Assembly: GCA_035390665.1 (NCBI GenBank)
Contig: DAOOUC010000006.1
Coordinates: forward strand, 17,688-49,687
Source: an archaeon
GTDB taxonomy: Archaea > Iainarchaeota > Iainarchaeia > Iainarchaeales > CSSED10-239
DNA length: 32,000 bases
Reading direction: 5' to 3'
The position numbers and the translations under genes are program-made. Shown in pieces: positions 16,316 through 26,244 of this stretch (its first letter is position 1; every line of letters starts with the position of its first letter). Below the pieces are notes generated by a model. That model saw only the letters and a program-made list of their open reading frames with translations, was not told where the DNA came from and did not search any database.

Positions 16316-16615
16316 ATGGTTGTGAAAAAAAAGAAAATAATTAAAAAAAAAGAAATTGTAAAAAAAGCACCAATTGAAAAAAAAATAAAAATATTTAATA
16401 AAGAAATTACAAAAACAGAATATTTTGAATATTATACTTTGGTAATATTTTTCTTATTTGCAATATTATTTGTTTTTATCTTAGTAATATTTTTCTTAGC
16501 AATATTTGGCCCTAAATATCTGTGGGTGGTTATACCAATAACATTAGGATTTTGGGGAATAAGTTATTATCTTTCAAAAATAATTTTTAAAAAATCTCAA
16601 ACAAAAAAGAAGTAA
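16316..16615 (+). CDS. Small membrane protein with poly-Lys N-terminus
   Basis: AGGAG RBS. A KKKKIIKKKEIVKK N-terminus followed by two TM helices. Confidence 0.5.
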   Translation: MVVKKKKIIKKKEIVKKAPIEKKIKIFNKEITKTEYFEYYTLVIFFLFAILFVFILVIFFLAIFGPKYLWVVIPITLGFWGISYYLSKIIFKKSQTKKK

Positions 16616-16616
16616 T

Positions 16617-17300
16617 ATGGTCAGAATAAATAGAGCAAAAATCAAACAAGGATTAAAAACAACAGCTAAAACAGCCGGGATTTTAGCTATATCTGGGGCT
16701 GTCGGTATTGGTAGCTATAATGTTGCAGATAGAATCTCTAGACAAAAAGTATTTAATGAAATTAAATCCGAAAAAGTGCAAATCAAACCTAGAGACAGAC
16801 TAGATGCTGTAGATTCTATAGCCGAATATAACCGAAAAGCAAAAATATCAGAAATTTACTTTTATAAAGGAGAAAAAGTATCAAAAATAAATATTGATGT
16901 AGCAAAATTAGGCCAAATTACAAGATTATTGCCTGATAGTGTAAGAACAAATATTAATACAATTATTAATAACAAAATAAAGACTGTTAATCTAGAAATG
17001 AAAAGAAATCCAAAATTAAGAAAAATCATAGAAGATAGAATCGGAGTGGAAAATTATAGAAGATATCTTTTATCTTTACCTATGGAAAAACTTGAAAAAG
17101 TATTTACTCCACAAGAATTAAAACAAATAAGGACAGAATTAAATAAAATACCTAAAGAAAAATTAAAAGAACTACATGAAAAATTAAGTAAAACATATGA
17201 AGGAACCATTAGTTTAGGTGTGTTTATATCTTTATTATTAGGTGCAGGATTATTTGAAGCATCTAAAAGTAAAAAAAAAGATGAATTTAATTTTCATTAA
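16617..17300 (+). CDS. Hypothetical bitopic protein (TM at both termini)
   Basis: Begins 1 nt after the previous stop. N-terminal TM AGILAISGAVGIGSY, a helical charged middle, and C-terminal TM ISLGVFISLLLGAGLF. Confidence 0.5.
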   Translation: MVRINRAKIKQGLKTTAKTAGILAISGAVGIGSYNVADRISRQKVFNEIKSEKVQIKPRDRLDAVDSIAEYNRKAKISEIYFYKGEKVSKINIDVAKLGQITRLLPDSVRTNINTIINNKIKTVNLEMKRNPKLRKIIEDRIGVENYRRYLLSLPMEKLEKVFTPQELKQIRTELNKIPKEKLKELHEKLSKTYEGTISLGVFISLLLGAGLFEASKSKKKDEFNFH

Positions 17301-17357
17301 TTTTATTCCATTTCTAAAAATTATTTAAAACCATACAAAAAAGAGGATAGAAAAAAC

Positions 17358-18593
17358 ATGTATTCAAATAGAAGTTTATATGATTATATATCTAAAGTAG
17401 ACCATAATAGAATTAAGAAATTCTCAAAAGGAAAGAAAACTCCTTTTGTAGTAATAGATCTTAAAAAAATAGAAGACAAATATGATGAACTTGCAAAACA
17501 TATACCTTATGCAAAAATCTATTTTGCAGTAAAAGCAAATCCAGAAGACGAAATAATTTCTTTACTTGATAAAAAAGGATCTAATTTTGATGTAGCAACA
17601 GTTTATGAATTAGATCAACTTTTAAAACATAAAATTTCTCCTGAAAGAATATCTTTTGGAAATACCATAAAAACAGAAAGAGATATTGCTTATGCTTACA
17701 AGAAAGGAGTAAGAATGTTTGCAACAGATGCAATTAGTGATGTTAAAAAGATTGCAAAAAATGCTCCAGGATCTAAAGTTTTCTTTAGAATAATTATGGA
17801 AGGGGGTTCAGCAGACTGGCCACTTTCTAGAAAATTCGGTGCTCATCCAGATATGATTTATCACTTAATTGTTGAAGCTAAAAGATTAGGACTAATACCT
17901 TACGGGGTATCTTTCCACGTTGGTTCTCAACAAAGAGATATTGGGCAATGGGATCAAGCAATATCACAATGTAGATATTTGTTTGATGCTGCAAGAGAAG
18001 AAGGAATTGAATTGAAATTAATAAATATGGGAGGAGGATTTCCTGCAAATTATATTAGCCCTACACATGATTTAGAAATGTATGCTAAAGAAATTACAAG
18101 ATTTATCTCTGATGACTTTGGAGAAGACTTTGCTGATAATTTAGAGATTATAATTGAACCAGGGCGTTCTTTAGTTGCAGATGCAGGAGTATTAGTTACT
18201 GAAATTGTAATGATATCTAAGAAATCATTATCTAATCAATACGATTGGGTGTATCTAGATGTCGGTAAATTTAGAGGACTTATTGAAACACTTGATGAAT
18301 CAATTAAATTTCCTATATTTACAGAAAATTACACAGTTCCACCAAAAGAAAAAGACTGTAGAGAAGTAATACTTGCAGGCCCTACTTGTGATTCTGCTGA
18401 TGTCTTATATGAAAAATATAAATACTTAATGCCTAAAAACGTAAAAGAAGGAGATAGACTTTACATTTTGACTACTGGGGCTTATACAAAAAGCTATTGT
18501 TCTATTAACTTTAATGGATTTCCACCAATCGATGTGTACTTTTTAAAAGACACAAAAAAACAAACAAATAAAAAAATTAAGAAAAAGAAATAA
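17358..18593 (+). CDS. PLP-dependent ornithine/lysine decarboxylase (fold-type III, ODC/DapDC family)
   Basis: PLP-lysine motif YFAVKANP, SFHVGSQ, GGGFP, EPGRSLVADAG, GPTCDSADV and TGAYT. The HVGSQ and CDS.D patterns favour the ornithine/lysine decarboxylase branch over LysA. Confidence 0.8.
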   Translation: MYSNRSLYDYISKVDHNRIKKFSKGKKTPFVVIDLKKIEDKYDELAKHIPYAKIYFAVKANPEDEIISLLDKKGSNFDVATVYELDQLLKHKISPERISFGNTIKTERDIAYAYKKGVRMFATDAISDVKKIAKNAPGSKVFFRIIMEGGSADWPLSRKFGAHPDMIYHLIVEAKRLGLIPYGVSFHVGSQQRDIGQWDQAISQCRYLFDAAREEGIELKLINMGGGFPANYISPTHDLEMYAKEITRFISDDFGEDFADNLEIIIEPGRSLVADAGVLVTEIVMISKKSLSNQYDWVYLDVGKFRGLIETLDESIKFPIFTENYTVPPKEKDCREVILAGPTCDSADVLYEKYKYLMPKNVKEGDRLYILTTGAYTKSYCSINFNGFPPIDVYFLKDTKKQTNKKIKKKK

Positions 18594-18600
18594 TGTAGTA

Positions 18601-19197
18601 GTGAAATATATGAGTAATAAAAACAATATAAAAAAAGAAAACAAATTTAAAATTAATAAAAAACAAGTGTTTTTTGTTGTTCTAATATTGTTATTAATGA
18701 TTTCTGTTTTTGCAATAGTAATCTCTAATAAATCAAAAGTTGTTACACCTACAGAAAATTTAGAAATGAATAATCAAATAATTACTGGAGAAAGCGATAT
18801 TACAGAAACACCAGAAATTAAAACAAACACAATTGGAGTGGATTCAAAACTAGAAGACTTCTATGGTAAACCTTCATTAATTGTTTTTGCAGGCACTTAT
18901 TGTGGACATTGTGTAAAGATGATTCCAGAACTTGAAAAAGAAATATGGAATAGATATAGACTAGAAGCAAATATTTGGGTAAATGTTATTGACGGTTCAA
19001 CAGGTAAAAGATTCGATGTTAAAGATATTGCACAAGGATATAATCCTAATTTAGAATATGATAAGATAATGGGCGATTGTTCTTATGTTCCAGCTTATGT
19101 TGTTCTTGATAAAGATGGCAAACAAATCTTAAGATCCTGTGGTTCTGAAAAAACAATTACAGAAATAAAGCAAGCAATTGATAGTCAATTAAACTAA
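18601..19197 (+). CDS. Membrane-anchored thioredoxin-fold thiol-disulfide oxidoreductase (TlpA/ResA-like)
   Basis: An N-terminal TM, then a thioredoxin-like domain with FAGTYCGHCVKM (CxxC). GTG at 18601 or ATG at 18610 as start. Confidence 0.7.
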   Translation: MKYMSNKNNIKKENKFKINKKQVFFVVLILLLMISVFAIVISNKSKVVTPTENLEMNNQIITGESDITETPEIKTNTIGVDSKLEDFYGKPSLIVFAGTYCGHCVKMIPELEKEIWNRYRLEANIWVNVIDGSTGKRFDVKDIAQGYNPNLEYDKIMGDCSYVPAYVVLDKDGKQILRSCGSEKTITEIKQAIDSQLN

Positions 19198-19271
19198 ATC
19201 ACTATTTGTTGGACAATATTTTTATTCCCACAATCTAAATTATTATAAAAAAAGAAAAAAAATATTTTTCT

Positions 19272-19508
19272 TTATTTTTTAGAAACAGTAGGTTTTTTTG
19301 CAGGTACTTGTGCCTGTCTATTCTGCTTTTCTTTTAAAGCTTCTTTGACGTCTCTTAATCTTTGTCTTTCAAAGAAATCAGCACTTTTATAAACTTCTTC
19401 GAATCTATCTCTTTTTTGAATTTTCTTTTCCAAGTCTTCTTGACATTTTGGACAATAGATTCCAAAGTTTCCTATTATTCTTCCGCAAATAATACATTTT
19501 TGTGTCAT
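19272..19508 (-). CDS. Small zinc-ribbon protein
   Basis: CIICG-x11-CPKC at the N-terminus, with a basic helical C-terminal tail. Confidence 0.55.
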   Translation of the reverse strand: MTQKCIICGRIIGNFGIYCPKCQEDLEKKIQKRDRFEEVYKSADFFERQRLRDVKEALKEKQNRQAQVPAKKPTVSKK

Positions 19509-19581
19509 TTTCTATTACCTTCTTTTAATTATTTAATTGATATTAATATGTAACCTAATATATTTAAATACTTTTCTCTTT

Positions 19582-21057
19582 TTATTGACTATCCCCTTCT
19601 TCTCTTAAAAGTGGGAAGAGTATTACTTCTCTTATGTTTGGAGAATTGGTAAATATCATTACAAGCCTGTCTATTCCAAGACCAAGACCATAGGCTGGTG
19701 GCATACCATATTTTAAAGACTCAATAAAGTCTGTGTCTATTGGATGATTCTCTCCTTTTCCTCTTCCTTGGTCTGCTTGATCAATCATTAATGTTTCTTG
19801 AAGCATTGGATCGTTTAGTTCACTATAAATGTTTCCAGCCTCCATACCATTAACATATGGTTCATCTCTTTCTATTAGACTTGAGTCTTCTCTATGAAGC
19901 TTACATAAAGGAGTGGTTTCTTTAGGATGATCAATAATGTGAACAGGACCTAAAAGATGTTCCTCACAATAATGCTCGAAAAGCTCAGCAATGGCAAGAC
20001 CTCTCTTATAGGTTTCTAATTCTAATCTGTTCTTTGTGAGAAGATTCTTCAACTCATCATCACTTAATTTATCAACATCTACTCCGCCAAGCTCTTTTAA
20101 AGCATCTTTCATGGTTAATTTCTTCCAAGGTCTTTTAAAATCAAAAGTTTTTCCTTGATACTCTATAACGGTAGTACCATAAAGTCTTAAAGCCACAGTT
20201 TCATAGATTTCTTCAATCAAATCTATTGCAGAATTATAATCCTTATAACACTCATAACACTCAAGCATTGTAAACTCAGGATTATGAGATTTATCTATTC
20301 CTTCATTTCTGAAATTTTTACAAATTGTATAAACCTTATCAAAACCACCAACTAAAAGACGCTTTAAATAAAGTTCAGGAGAAATTGAAAGATAAAGATT
20401 TCTTTTCCATACAAAGCTTTCAGTAATGAATGGTCTAGCATTAGCACCACCATAAAGTGGTTGAAGTAAAGGAGTCTCAACTTCTAAAAACCCTCTTTTA
20501 TCTAATATTTCTCTAATTATCTTAATAATCTTAGCTCTTTTCATAAAGATTTCTCTTGATTCAAGACTTGTCATTAAATCAAGATATCTTTGTCTATATT
20601 TTAATTCAGCATCTTGAATACCGTGGAATTTTTCAGGAAGTGGTAAGAAAGCCTTAGATAGGAAAACAATATCTTTTGCATCAATTGAAAGCTCTCCTCT
20701 TTTTGTTTTAAAGACCTTTCCAGAAACTCCGATAATATCTCCAGTATCAAGTTTTCCAAATAGGTCAAAACTTTCTTTAGAAATTCCTTCTTCTTTTACA
20801 ACAATTTGAATCTTTCCGTAAGTATCATGTAAATCAATAAAAGCAATTTTGCCAAGAGACCTTAAAGAAAGAATTCTTCCAGCAACTGACGCTGTGTCTT
20901 CTGTTAAGGTATCTAATGGTAATTCTTTGTATTTTTCTTTAATGTCAATTGAATTGTGAGTTTTATTAAAAGTGTAAGGATAAGCAGTAATACCCATTTC
21001 AACTACACTATTAAAATTATTTTTTCTATTTTCTTGATATTCTTCTAATCTTCCCAT
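19582..21057 (-). CDS. lysS: Lysyl-tRNA synthetase, class II
   Basis: An OB-fold anticodon-binding N-domain (VAGRILSLRSLGKIAFIDL.D..GKIQ). Class II motif 2 (FRNEGID..HNPEFTMLE) and motif 3 (GLGLGIDRLVM). Confidence 0.9.
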   Translation of the reverse strand: MGRLEEYQENRKNNFNSVVEMGITAYPYTFNKTHNSIDIKEKYKELPLDTLTEDTASVAGRILSLRSLGKIAFIDLHDTYGKIQIVVKEEGISKESFDLFGKLDTGDIIGVSGKVFKTKRGELSIDAKDIVFLSKAFLPLPEKFHGIQDAELKYRQRYLDLMTSLESREIFMKRAKIIKIIREILDKRGFLEVETPLLQPLYGGANARPFITESFVWKRNLYLSISPELYLKRLLVGGFDKVYTICKNFRNEGIDKSHNPEFTMLECYECYKDYNSAIDLIEEIYETVALRLYGTTVIEYQGKTFDFKRPWKKLTMKDALKELGGVDVDKLSDDELKNLLTKNRLELETYKRGLAIAELFEHYCEEHLLGPVHIIDHPKETTPLCKLHREDSSLIERDEPYVNGMEAGNIYSELNDPMLQETLMIDQADQGRGKGENHPIDTDFIESLKYGMPPAYGLGLGIDRLVMIFTNSPNIREVILFPLLREEGDSQ

Positions 21058-21109
21058 GGTTAATCACGTTTAATATATAATATAAAAAGAAAAATAAATA
21101 TAAATGGAT

Positions 21110-24100
21110 TTATTTTTTCTTAGAATAGATTAACATAAATCCAATTAATATTATGCTTATATACATTACAAACAGTATTTTATTTTCAGGAGTTAAAGGC
21201 ACATTTAGACCATTTCCACTAGCCCCGCCACTTCCTGAGCCTATATTAAATACATTGTTTCCAGGATTTCCTGTAACTTGCCCGTTTGGATTAACAGCAA
21301 AAGTTACCCCATCTTTAAATTGATCATTAAATGGAATTAAATTACCATTTGTTGTATACCAATTACCTGTTTCTGGATCATACCAAAAAGACCCGTTCTT
21401 TCCTTGAGCAGAAAGTAAGGTTTCTTTTTCTCCATTGTAAGTAACCTTTGGAACTCCCTCTTCAGCACTAAATCCAAATTCATGTGTTTTTCCATCATCA
21501 GTTTTAACAATTAAACCATTTGGTGTTTGTTGAACAGAGGTTATTTTTGTATCTGTTACTTCTCCTGTTACTTTATCAATAATCTTTAATCTTTGTTCAC
21601 ATTCTGGTGGGTCACTTACATAGAAAATAAATGTTTTTGTTTCAGTATCAAACATTTTAAATGGTCCGACTTTTTCAAATGCTTTGTTTAGTTTATCAGT
21701 ATTTGCTTTTGCTTGATCATTGTCTTTCTCAGGAGATACATTAAATTTTAATCCTATTTCTTCAGTATCATCACAACCATTTGTTGCTTTTTCTTTAATT
21801 AATTCTGTTTTTAATTTTTCAATGTCATTTCCATGTGTTGCCGTTGTTGTTTCTACCCACATGATATATGCCTTTCTTTCTTCAACATAAACTAATTGTC
21901 CTCTTTCAAATTGCAAAGCAACATTTTGTCCAATAGTTATTTCTCTAGTATCTACTGGACTAATAGATGTCATTCTATTTCCTAAAATTACTGCTTTAGC
22001 ATTACTTCCGTTAGTTATATATCTTGGTATTCCTTCGGCCATTATCTGTGTTCCTTGAGGTTTTAACATATAGTTTGTTGCAGGATGAATTGTATTCCCT
22101 AATTTTACAGCACCTAAATATTCTGTTAGATTTGCTGCATTAGATGGTATTGTAAGTCCTGTCTGTGCTTCATAACCTGCTCTTAGACAATCAAAGAAGT
22201 CTGCATTTTTTACAGACAGATTACCAAAGGTATCAATTTCAAATAATGGTTCTGTATTATTTGGAACAGGAATATAACTTAAACTTCTTGGAACAACTTT
22301 AGCAGGAATTGCAAGATTTGTTCCTATAATTCTCACAAAATCTTTATTTTCTTGTCCAATAATTGTTTTTAAATTTCCATTTGCATCAACTACAGTCATT
22401 TCTCCTTTTTCTTTATCGATTGTAAGAGTTATATTTGTGTCTTTATCTACTAGATTTTCAACACCTTTGTCATTATAACCAATAGCATTACACTTGGTTC
22501 TTGGACCCATCTCAAAGAAAAACATTTGTCCTATTATTGTGGAATCTGTTTGTCCACTTGTTCTATATGTTGCTTGAACAATAGGGTTTTCTTTTAGTTT
22601 TTGTTCTGCAAAATCCTTTATTTGTTCTGCACCAAACTTTACTCCTTTTTCTAATTCTGTACCTTCTGTTACTTTAGATACAGCTTCTTCAACTTTTGTG
22701 ACTCCGTCTTTTACTGCTTCACCAACTTTATTTTTTGAATCTTTTGTAACTCTTTCTGATTCTACAGACGAAACAAAGAAGTGTGCATATGTTCCTTCTT
22801 CGTCATCAACACAATTATGTAATTCAGGCATAATTAAAAACATTTGAGGAACATCACTTGCAAGTGCTGGTGCTAAAAATGAACTAAAATATCCTGATGC
22901 TGGAAATACTAAGTATGCTAAATGTTGTTGAGTAACTAAAGCACCCGCAAATCTATGATTTCTCATTGATTTAGGAACTGCTTTACCAATGGACATACCT
23001 GCTAAAGTTAATGATTCTATTTTTTGAGAACAAGTTTCTTCATTTTCTCTTGCAGCTAAAAGGTTAATTGCTTTATCTGTTGTTTGATTAGAAAAGGTTC
23101 CATCATAATCTGTATGATGTGAAAAAGTAATAATTGTTTGCCCTTGCTTCTTATAATTCTCTTCAGAAGTATTTTCTAAAATATAATTCAAAGTGTTAAT
23201 GCTTGGTGGAGTAGATGTTGTTATAGTTATTTGATTTAAAGAAATACTTGGTCGATAATTTTCTGTTTTTTTAGTTTCTGGAACAGTTGTTTCTTCTTTT
23301 GCTGTTTCTGCTTCTTTTGAAGTGCCATCCTCTGTAGTTTCTTCTTTTATTGTTTCTATAGGTGTTTCTTCTGTAACAATTGTTGGAAGCTCTGGCGAAT
23401 TTTCAACTTCTTTTTCTGCATCTGTTTTTTCTGGTTCAATCATTCCAACTTCCATTAACATAGAAGCATTTCTTGTTTCTTGATTAATATATTCTGCACC
23501 TACAACATAATTACATTGATCAATACATGCATTATCTAGATTATTAGTTACAAGAACAATATCGTCTGTTTTAGATCTTCTAATTTGGCCTTCAGTTACT
23601 TTCTTTAAAACATTATTTAAAGACTGTGCCCAATCTGCTGTAATTGTCCCTGTAATTTCTTTTGCTAAGTAATTAGACCAGTTAAGTCCTGAATTTAAAA
23701 ATTGCATAAAAAGATCTCCTTGATCTGATCCTTCATTTGCAAAGAAATCAACATACGCATCTTCATAAATTTTTTGAGTAGCTCCGTGTTTGATATGGAA
23801 AGCAGAATAACTTTCAGGTAATTGATACATAGAATATTTGGTTAATCCAAACGTATCTCCAAATAATGTTGCACCACCGGTTTTAAATTCCCAATATGCA
23901 AAATTAATTCCAAACGCCATTGGATTTTGAGTAAGTAATCTTTGATATGCAGCACCATTATATGTTCTCATAAACTGATTTAAAGTATCTCTTCCTCTTC
24001 CGCTCACCCATTCTTTATTACTCATTGTGGTAAAAACTTCATTGAAACTTTTTGCAGTATTATCAAACTTTGTTGGAACATTATCCATTACTTGTTTCAT

Positions 24101-26233
24101 TGTTTCAAGTGGATCTAAATCATAATATCCTTTACCATATACATCACTGATCTTTTTACCTGTTGCTTTATCAATATAATCATCAACAAATTGAGTTGTA
24201 GTTTTTGGATAAAAATCAATGTCTGTTGCAACACCAGTATATTTTGCTGGATCCCAATCAATTGATCTTATTTCTTTAAATGTTTTATCACTTACATCAA
24301 AATATCTTATATATCCATTTGGATAATTATCAACATAATTTTGTACATCAGATAATTTTACTTTCTTTACTACATTAGATGGATCTGGACCTTGAACAAC
24401 AGTTCTTATTCTTTTTGCAGAAATTGGGGTTCCATCAGCTAAAGTAACAGTAACATTTTGTGTTTGAAGACCTCCTGATCCTTTTATATCATAACCTGTT
24501 GCTGTTTTCTTATATCTAAAAGCATCAAAATCTTCTCCAAATGGTTTATTTTCTTGTATAAGTTTTCCTGTGGTGTGACCGTCTGTTGATTTATAAACAT
24601 TTAAGTTATCAAAATCACCATAAGTTCTTGCACTTACTACAGAAGAATCTTCATATCCGGATTTCCATTTAAATGTCTTAAATGTTGCAATATCATAAGA
24701 ATCTGCAAGTCTTGAAGCAGTATATGCTGCATCAGTATAGGCATCTAATTGTGCTTTTGTTAATTTCTTATATGCTTCAGTTATTGGCAATCCATCAGCA
24801 ACAACTTTATCAATAGTGTTCTTTGCTGCCAAAAAATCAGGAGTAATCATTTTAGATTTTAATAATGCATTAGCAGAATATACTCTGTCTCCAAAAATTT
24901 GAGCAACATCTGTTGCTGCTCTTCTTTGTGCTTTAGATAATTTATAACTATCATTAGCAATGCTTTTTAATGCAAAGCCAGAAGTCTCTCCCATACCTTT
25001 TTGAGTATTACCTAATAAATCTGTTGTGAATTCTTGTATATTATAATTCTGAATATCTCTTTTTGTTAGATTAGAAAGAGGTTCCATTTTCTGTGTAATA
25101 AATTTATCAACATCACTTTTTGCAAATCTTCCAGCATCTAATGATTTTTTTATTCTACCAAAAGGATCTTGAACAAACAACGCAGGATCTTTTGTTAAAG
25201 TATCTAAAAATCCACCCTCTTTAATTATTCCTTTCTTCTTTAAATAATCATAAGGTTTTGTTAATGTTTTTTTTATTGAAGGATGATTTGCAATTCTTGC
25301 CATTCCATTATAAATAAAAGGACTTGTTGCACTATAAACCATGTCTACAGAAAAATATTGATTAAACATCTTGTCAAATAAAGTATAGGTATTAATATAA
25401 CAGTTTTCTCCTCTACAAGTTGTTTGCATACTTACAGAAAAATTATTAGTTATTGTAGTGTTCTTTACTGCTTTATCTTTTGTAGCAGTCCATAATTCTG
25501 TATCTATTGCATTTTGATCATTTGATTCCATTGTACTTAAATATGTGTTTAGTTCAGTATTTGTAATATCAGAAAATGCACCTAAATTTTCAGTATATGA
25601 CTTATTTTCATCTTTATTACTATCAATATTAATTGTTTCTTTAATTGCTTGAATTGCATCTTTACCTACAACTCCAACTTCTTTAAAAAATCCGGTAATG
25701 TCATTTTTTCTATATTGTCCAACATCTGTTAAATAACATTGACTATCATTATCTTTTCCAGTACATCTTCCCACTCTTAATGTATCTTTTAAATTTAAAC
25801 CCATTTCATAAGGGCCATAACAAGACTGTCCTAATATTGTTGGTGTTTCTAATGGATTCATTAATTTTGATGGAATTTCTTGCTTTATTGCAAGATCTCC
25901 TGCTTTTGCATTAGGATCTGTAAGAAGAATATTATTTTGATCTAGTGTTTGCCTATTATTATTTGCGGCTTGATCAGACGTTATTTCATCTGCAGAAAAA
26001 CCTTTAGTTAATATCTCTTTCCATAAAGCATTAACTGAACTTTCTGGAAGTTCAACAGTTGCACAACCATTTCCACGATCAAAAATTTCTTTTTGTTCTT
26101 GTGGTTGTGAATCTGCAAAATAAAGTGTATCAGAATTATTTAATCTATCAAAATCAACACCAGATGCAAATATACTATTGCAAAAAAGTATTAAAAAGAA
26201 AATCATTATTGCGTTTTTTGTTTTTGAATTCAT
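21110..26233 (-). CDS. Giant (1707 aa) secreted, C-terminally membrane-anchored surface protein of unknown family
   Basis: An uninterrupted 5.1-kb ORF. Sec-type signal peptide MNSKTKNAIMIFFLILFCNSIFA|SG. A C-terminal Gly/Ser/Asn-rich linker (GSGSGGASGNG), then TM ILFVMYISIILIGFMLIY and KKK. A central Glu/Thr/Pro-rich linker. Many N-x-S/T sequons. No catalytic or known adhesin motif recognised. Confidence 0.8.
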   Translation of the reverse strand: MNSKTKNAIMIFFLILFCNSIFASGVDFDRLNNSDTLYFADSQPQEQKEIFDRGNGCATVELPESSVNALWKEILTKGFSADEITSDQAANNNRQTLDQNNILLTDPNAKAGDLAIKQEIPSKLMNPLETPTILGQSCYGPYEMGLNLKDTLRVGRCTGKDNDSQCYLTDVGQYRKNDITGFFKEVGVVGKDAIQAIKETINIDSNKDENKSYTENLGAFSDITNTELNTYLSTMESNDQNAIDTELWTATKDKAVKNTTITNNFSVSMQTTCRGENCYINTYTLFDKMFNQYFSVDMVYSATSPFIYNGMARIANHPSIKKTLTKPYDYLKKKGIIKEGGFLDTLTKDPALFVQDPFGRIKKSLDAGRFAKSDVDKFITQKMEPLSNLTKRDIQNYNIQEFTTDLLGNTQKGMGETSGFALKSIANDSYKLSKAQRRAATDVAQIFGDRVYSANALLKSKMITPDFLAAKNTIDKVVADGLPITEAYKKLTKAQLDAYTDAAYTASRLADSYDIATFKTFKWKSGYEDSSVVSARTYGDFDNLNVYKSTDGHTTGKLIQENKPFGEDFDAFRYKKTATGYDIKGSGGLQTQNVTVTLADGTPISAKRIRTVVQGPDPSNVVKKVKLSDVQNYVDNYPNGYIRYFDVSDKTFKEIRSIDWDPAKYTGVATDIDFYPKTTTQFVDDYIDKATGKKISDVYGKGYYDLDPLETMKQVMDNVPTKFDNTAKSFNEVFTTMSNKEWVSGRGRDTLNQFMRTYNGAAYQRLLTQNPMAFGINFAYWEFKTGGATLFGDTFGLTKYSMYQLPESYSAFHIKHGATQKIYEDAYVDFFANEGSDQGDLFMQFLNSGLNWSNYLAKEITGTITADWAQSLNNVLKKVTEGQIRRSKTDDIVLVTNNLDNACIDQCNYVVGAEYINQETRNASMLMEVGMIEPEKTDAEKEVENSPELPTIVTEETPIETIKEETTEDGTSKEAETAKEETTVPETKKTENYRPSISLNQITITTSTPPSINTLNYILENTSEENYKKQGQTIITFSHHTDYDGTFSNQTTDKAINLLAARENEETCSQKIESLTLAGMSIGKAVPKSMRNHRFAGALVTQQHLAYLVFPASGYFSSFLAPALASDVPQMFLIMPELHNCVDDEEGTYAHFFVSSVESERVTKDSKNKVGEAVKDGVTKVEEAVSKVTEGTELEKGVKFGAEQIKDFAEQKLKENPIVQATYRTSGQTDSTIIGQMFFFEMGPRTKCNAIGYNDKGVENLVDKDTNITLTIDKEKGEMTVVDANGNLKTIIGQENKDFVRIIGTNLAIPAKVVPRSLSYIPVPNNTEPLFEIDTFGNLSVKNADFFDCLRAGYEAQTGLTIPSNAANLTEYLGAVKLGNTIHPATNYMLKPQGTQIMAEGIPRYITNGSNAKAVILGNRMTSISPVDTREITIGQNVALQFERGQLVYVEERKAYIMWVETTTATHGNDIEKLKTELIKEKATNGCDDTEEIGLKFNVSPEKDNDQAKANTDKLNKAFEKVGPFKMFDTETKTFIFYVSDPPECEQRLKIIDKVTGEVTDTKITSVQQTPNGLIVKTDDGKTHEFGFSAEEGVPKVTYNGEKETLLSAQGKNGSFWYDPETGNWYTTNGNLIPFNDQFKDGVTFAVNPNGQVTGNPGNNVFNIGSGSGGASGNGLNVPLTPENKILFVMYISIILIGFMLIYSKKK

Positions 26234-26244
26234 TTATTTCACTT

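Noticed and set aside
19362-19553. Plus-strand ORF opposite the zinc-ribbon gene
   Set aside because: The minus-strand product has a clear CxxC...CxxC ribbon, whereas the plus-strand frame is low-complexity.
21110-21200. PGF-CTERM/archaeosortase-type sorting signal at the C-terminus of the giant protein
   Set aside because: The tail has linker-TM-KKK topology, but no PGF/PEF-like tripeptide precedes the TM (it reads LTPENKILFVMY...). I call it only a generic C-terminal anchor.
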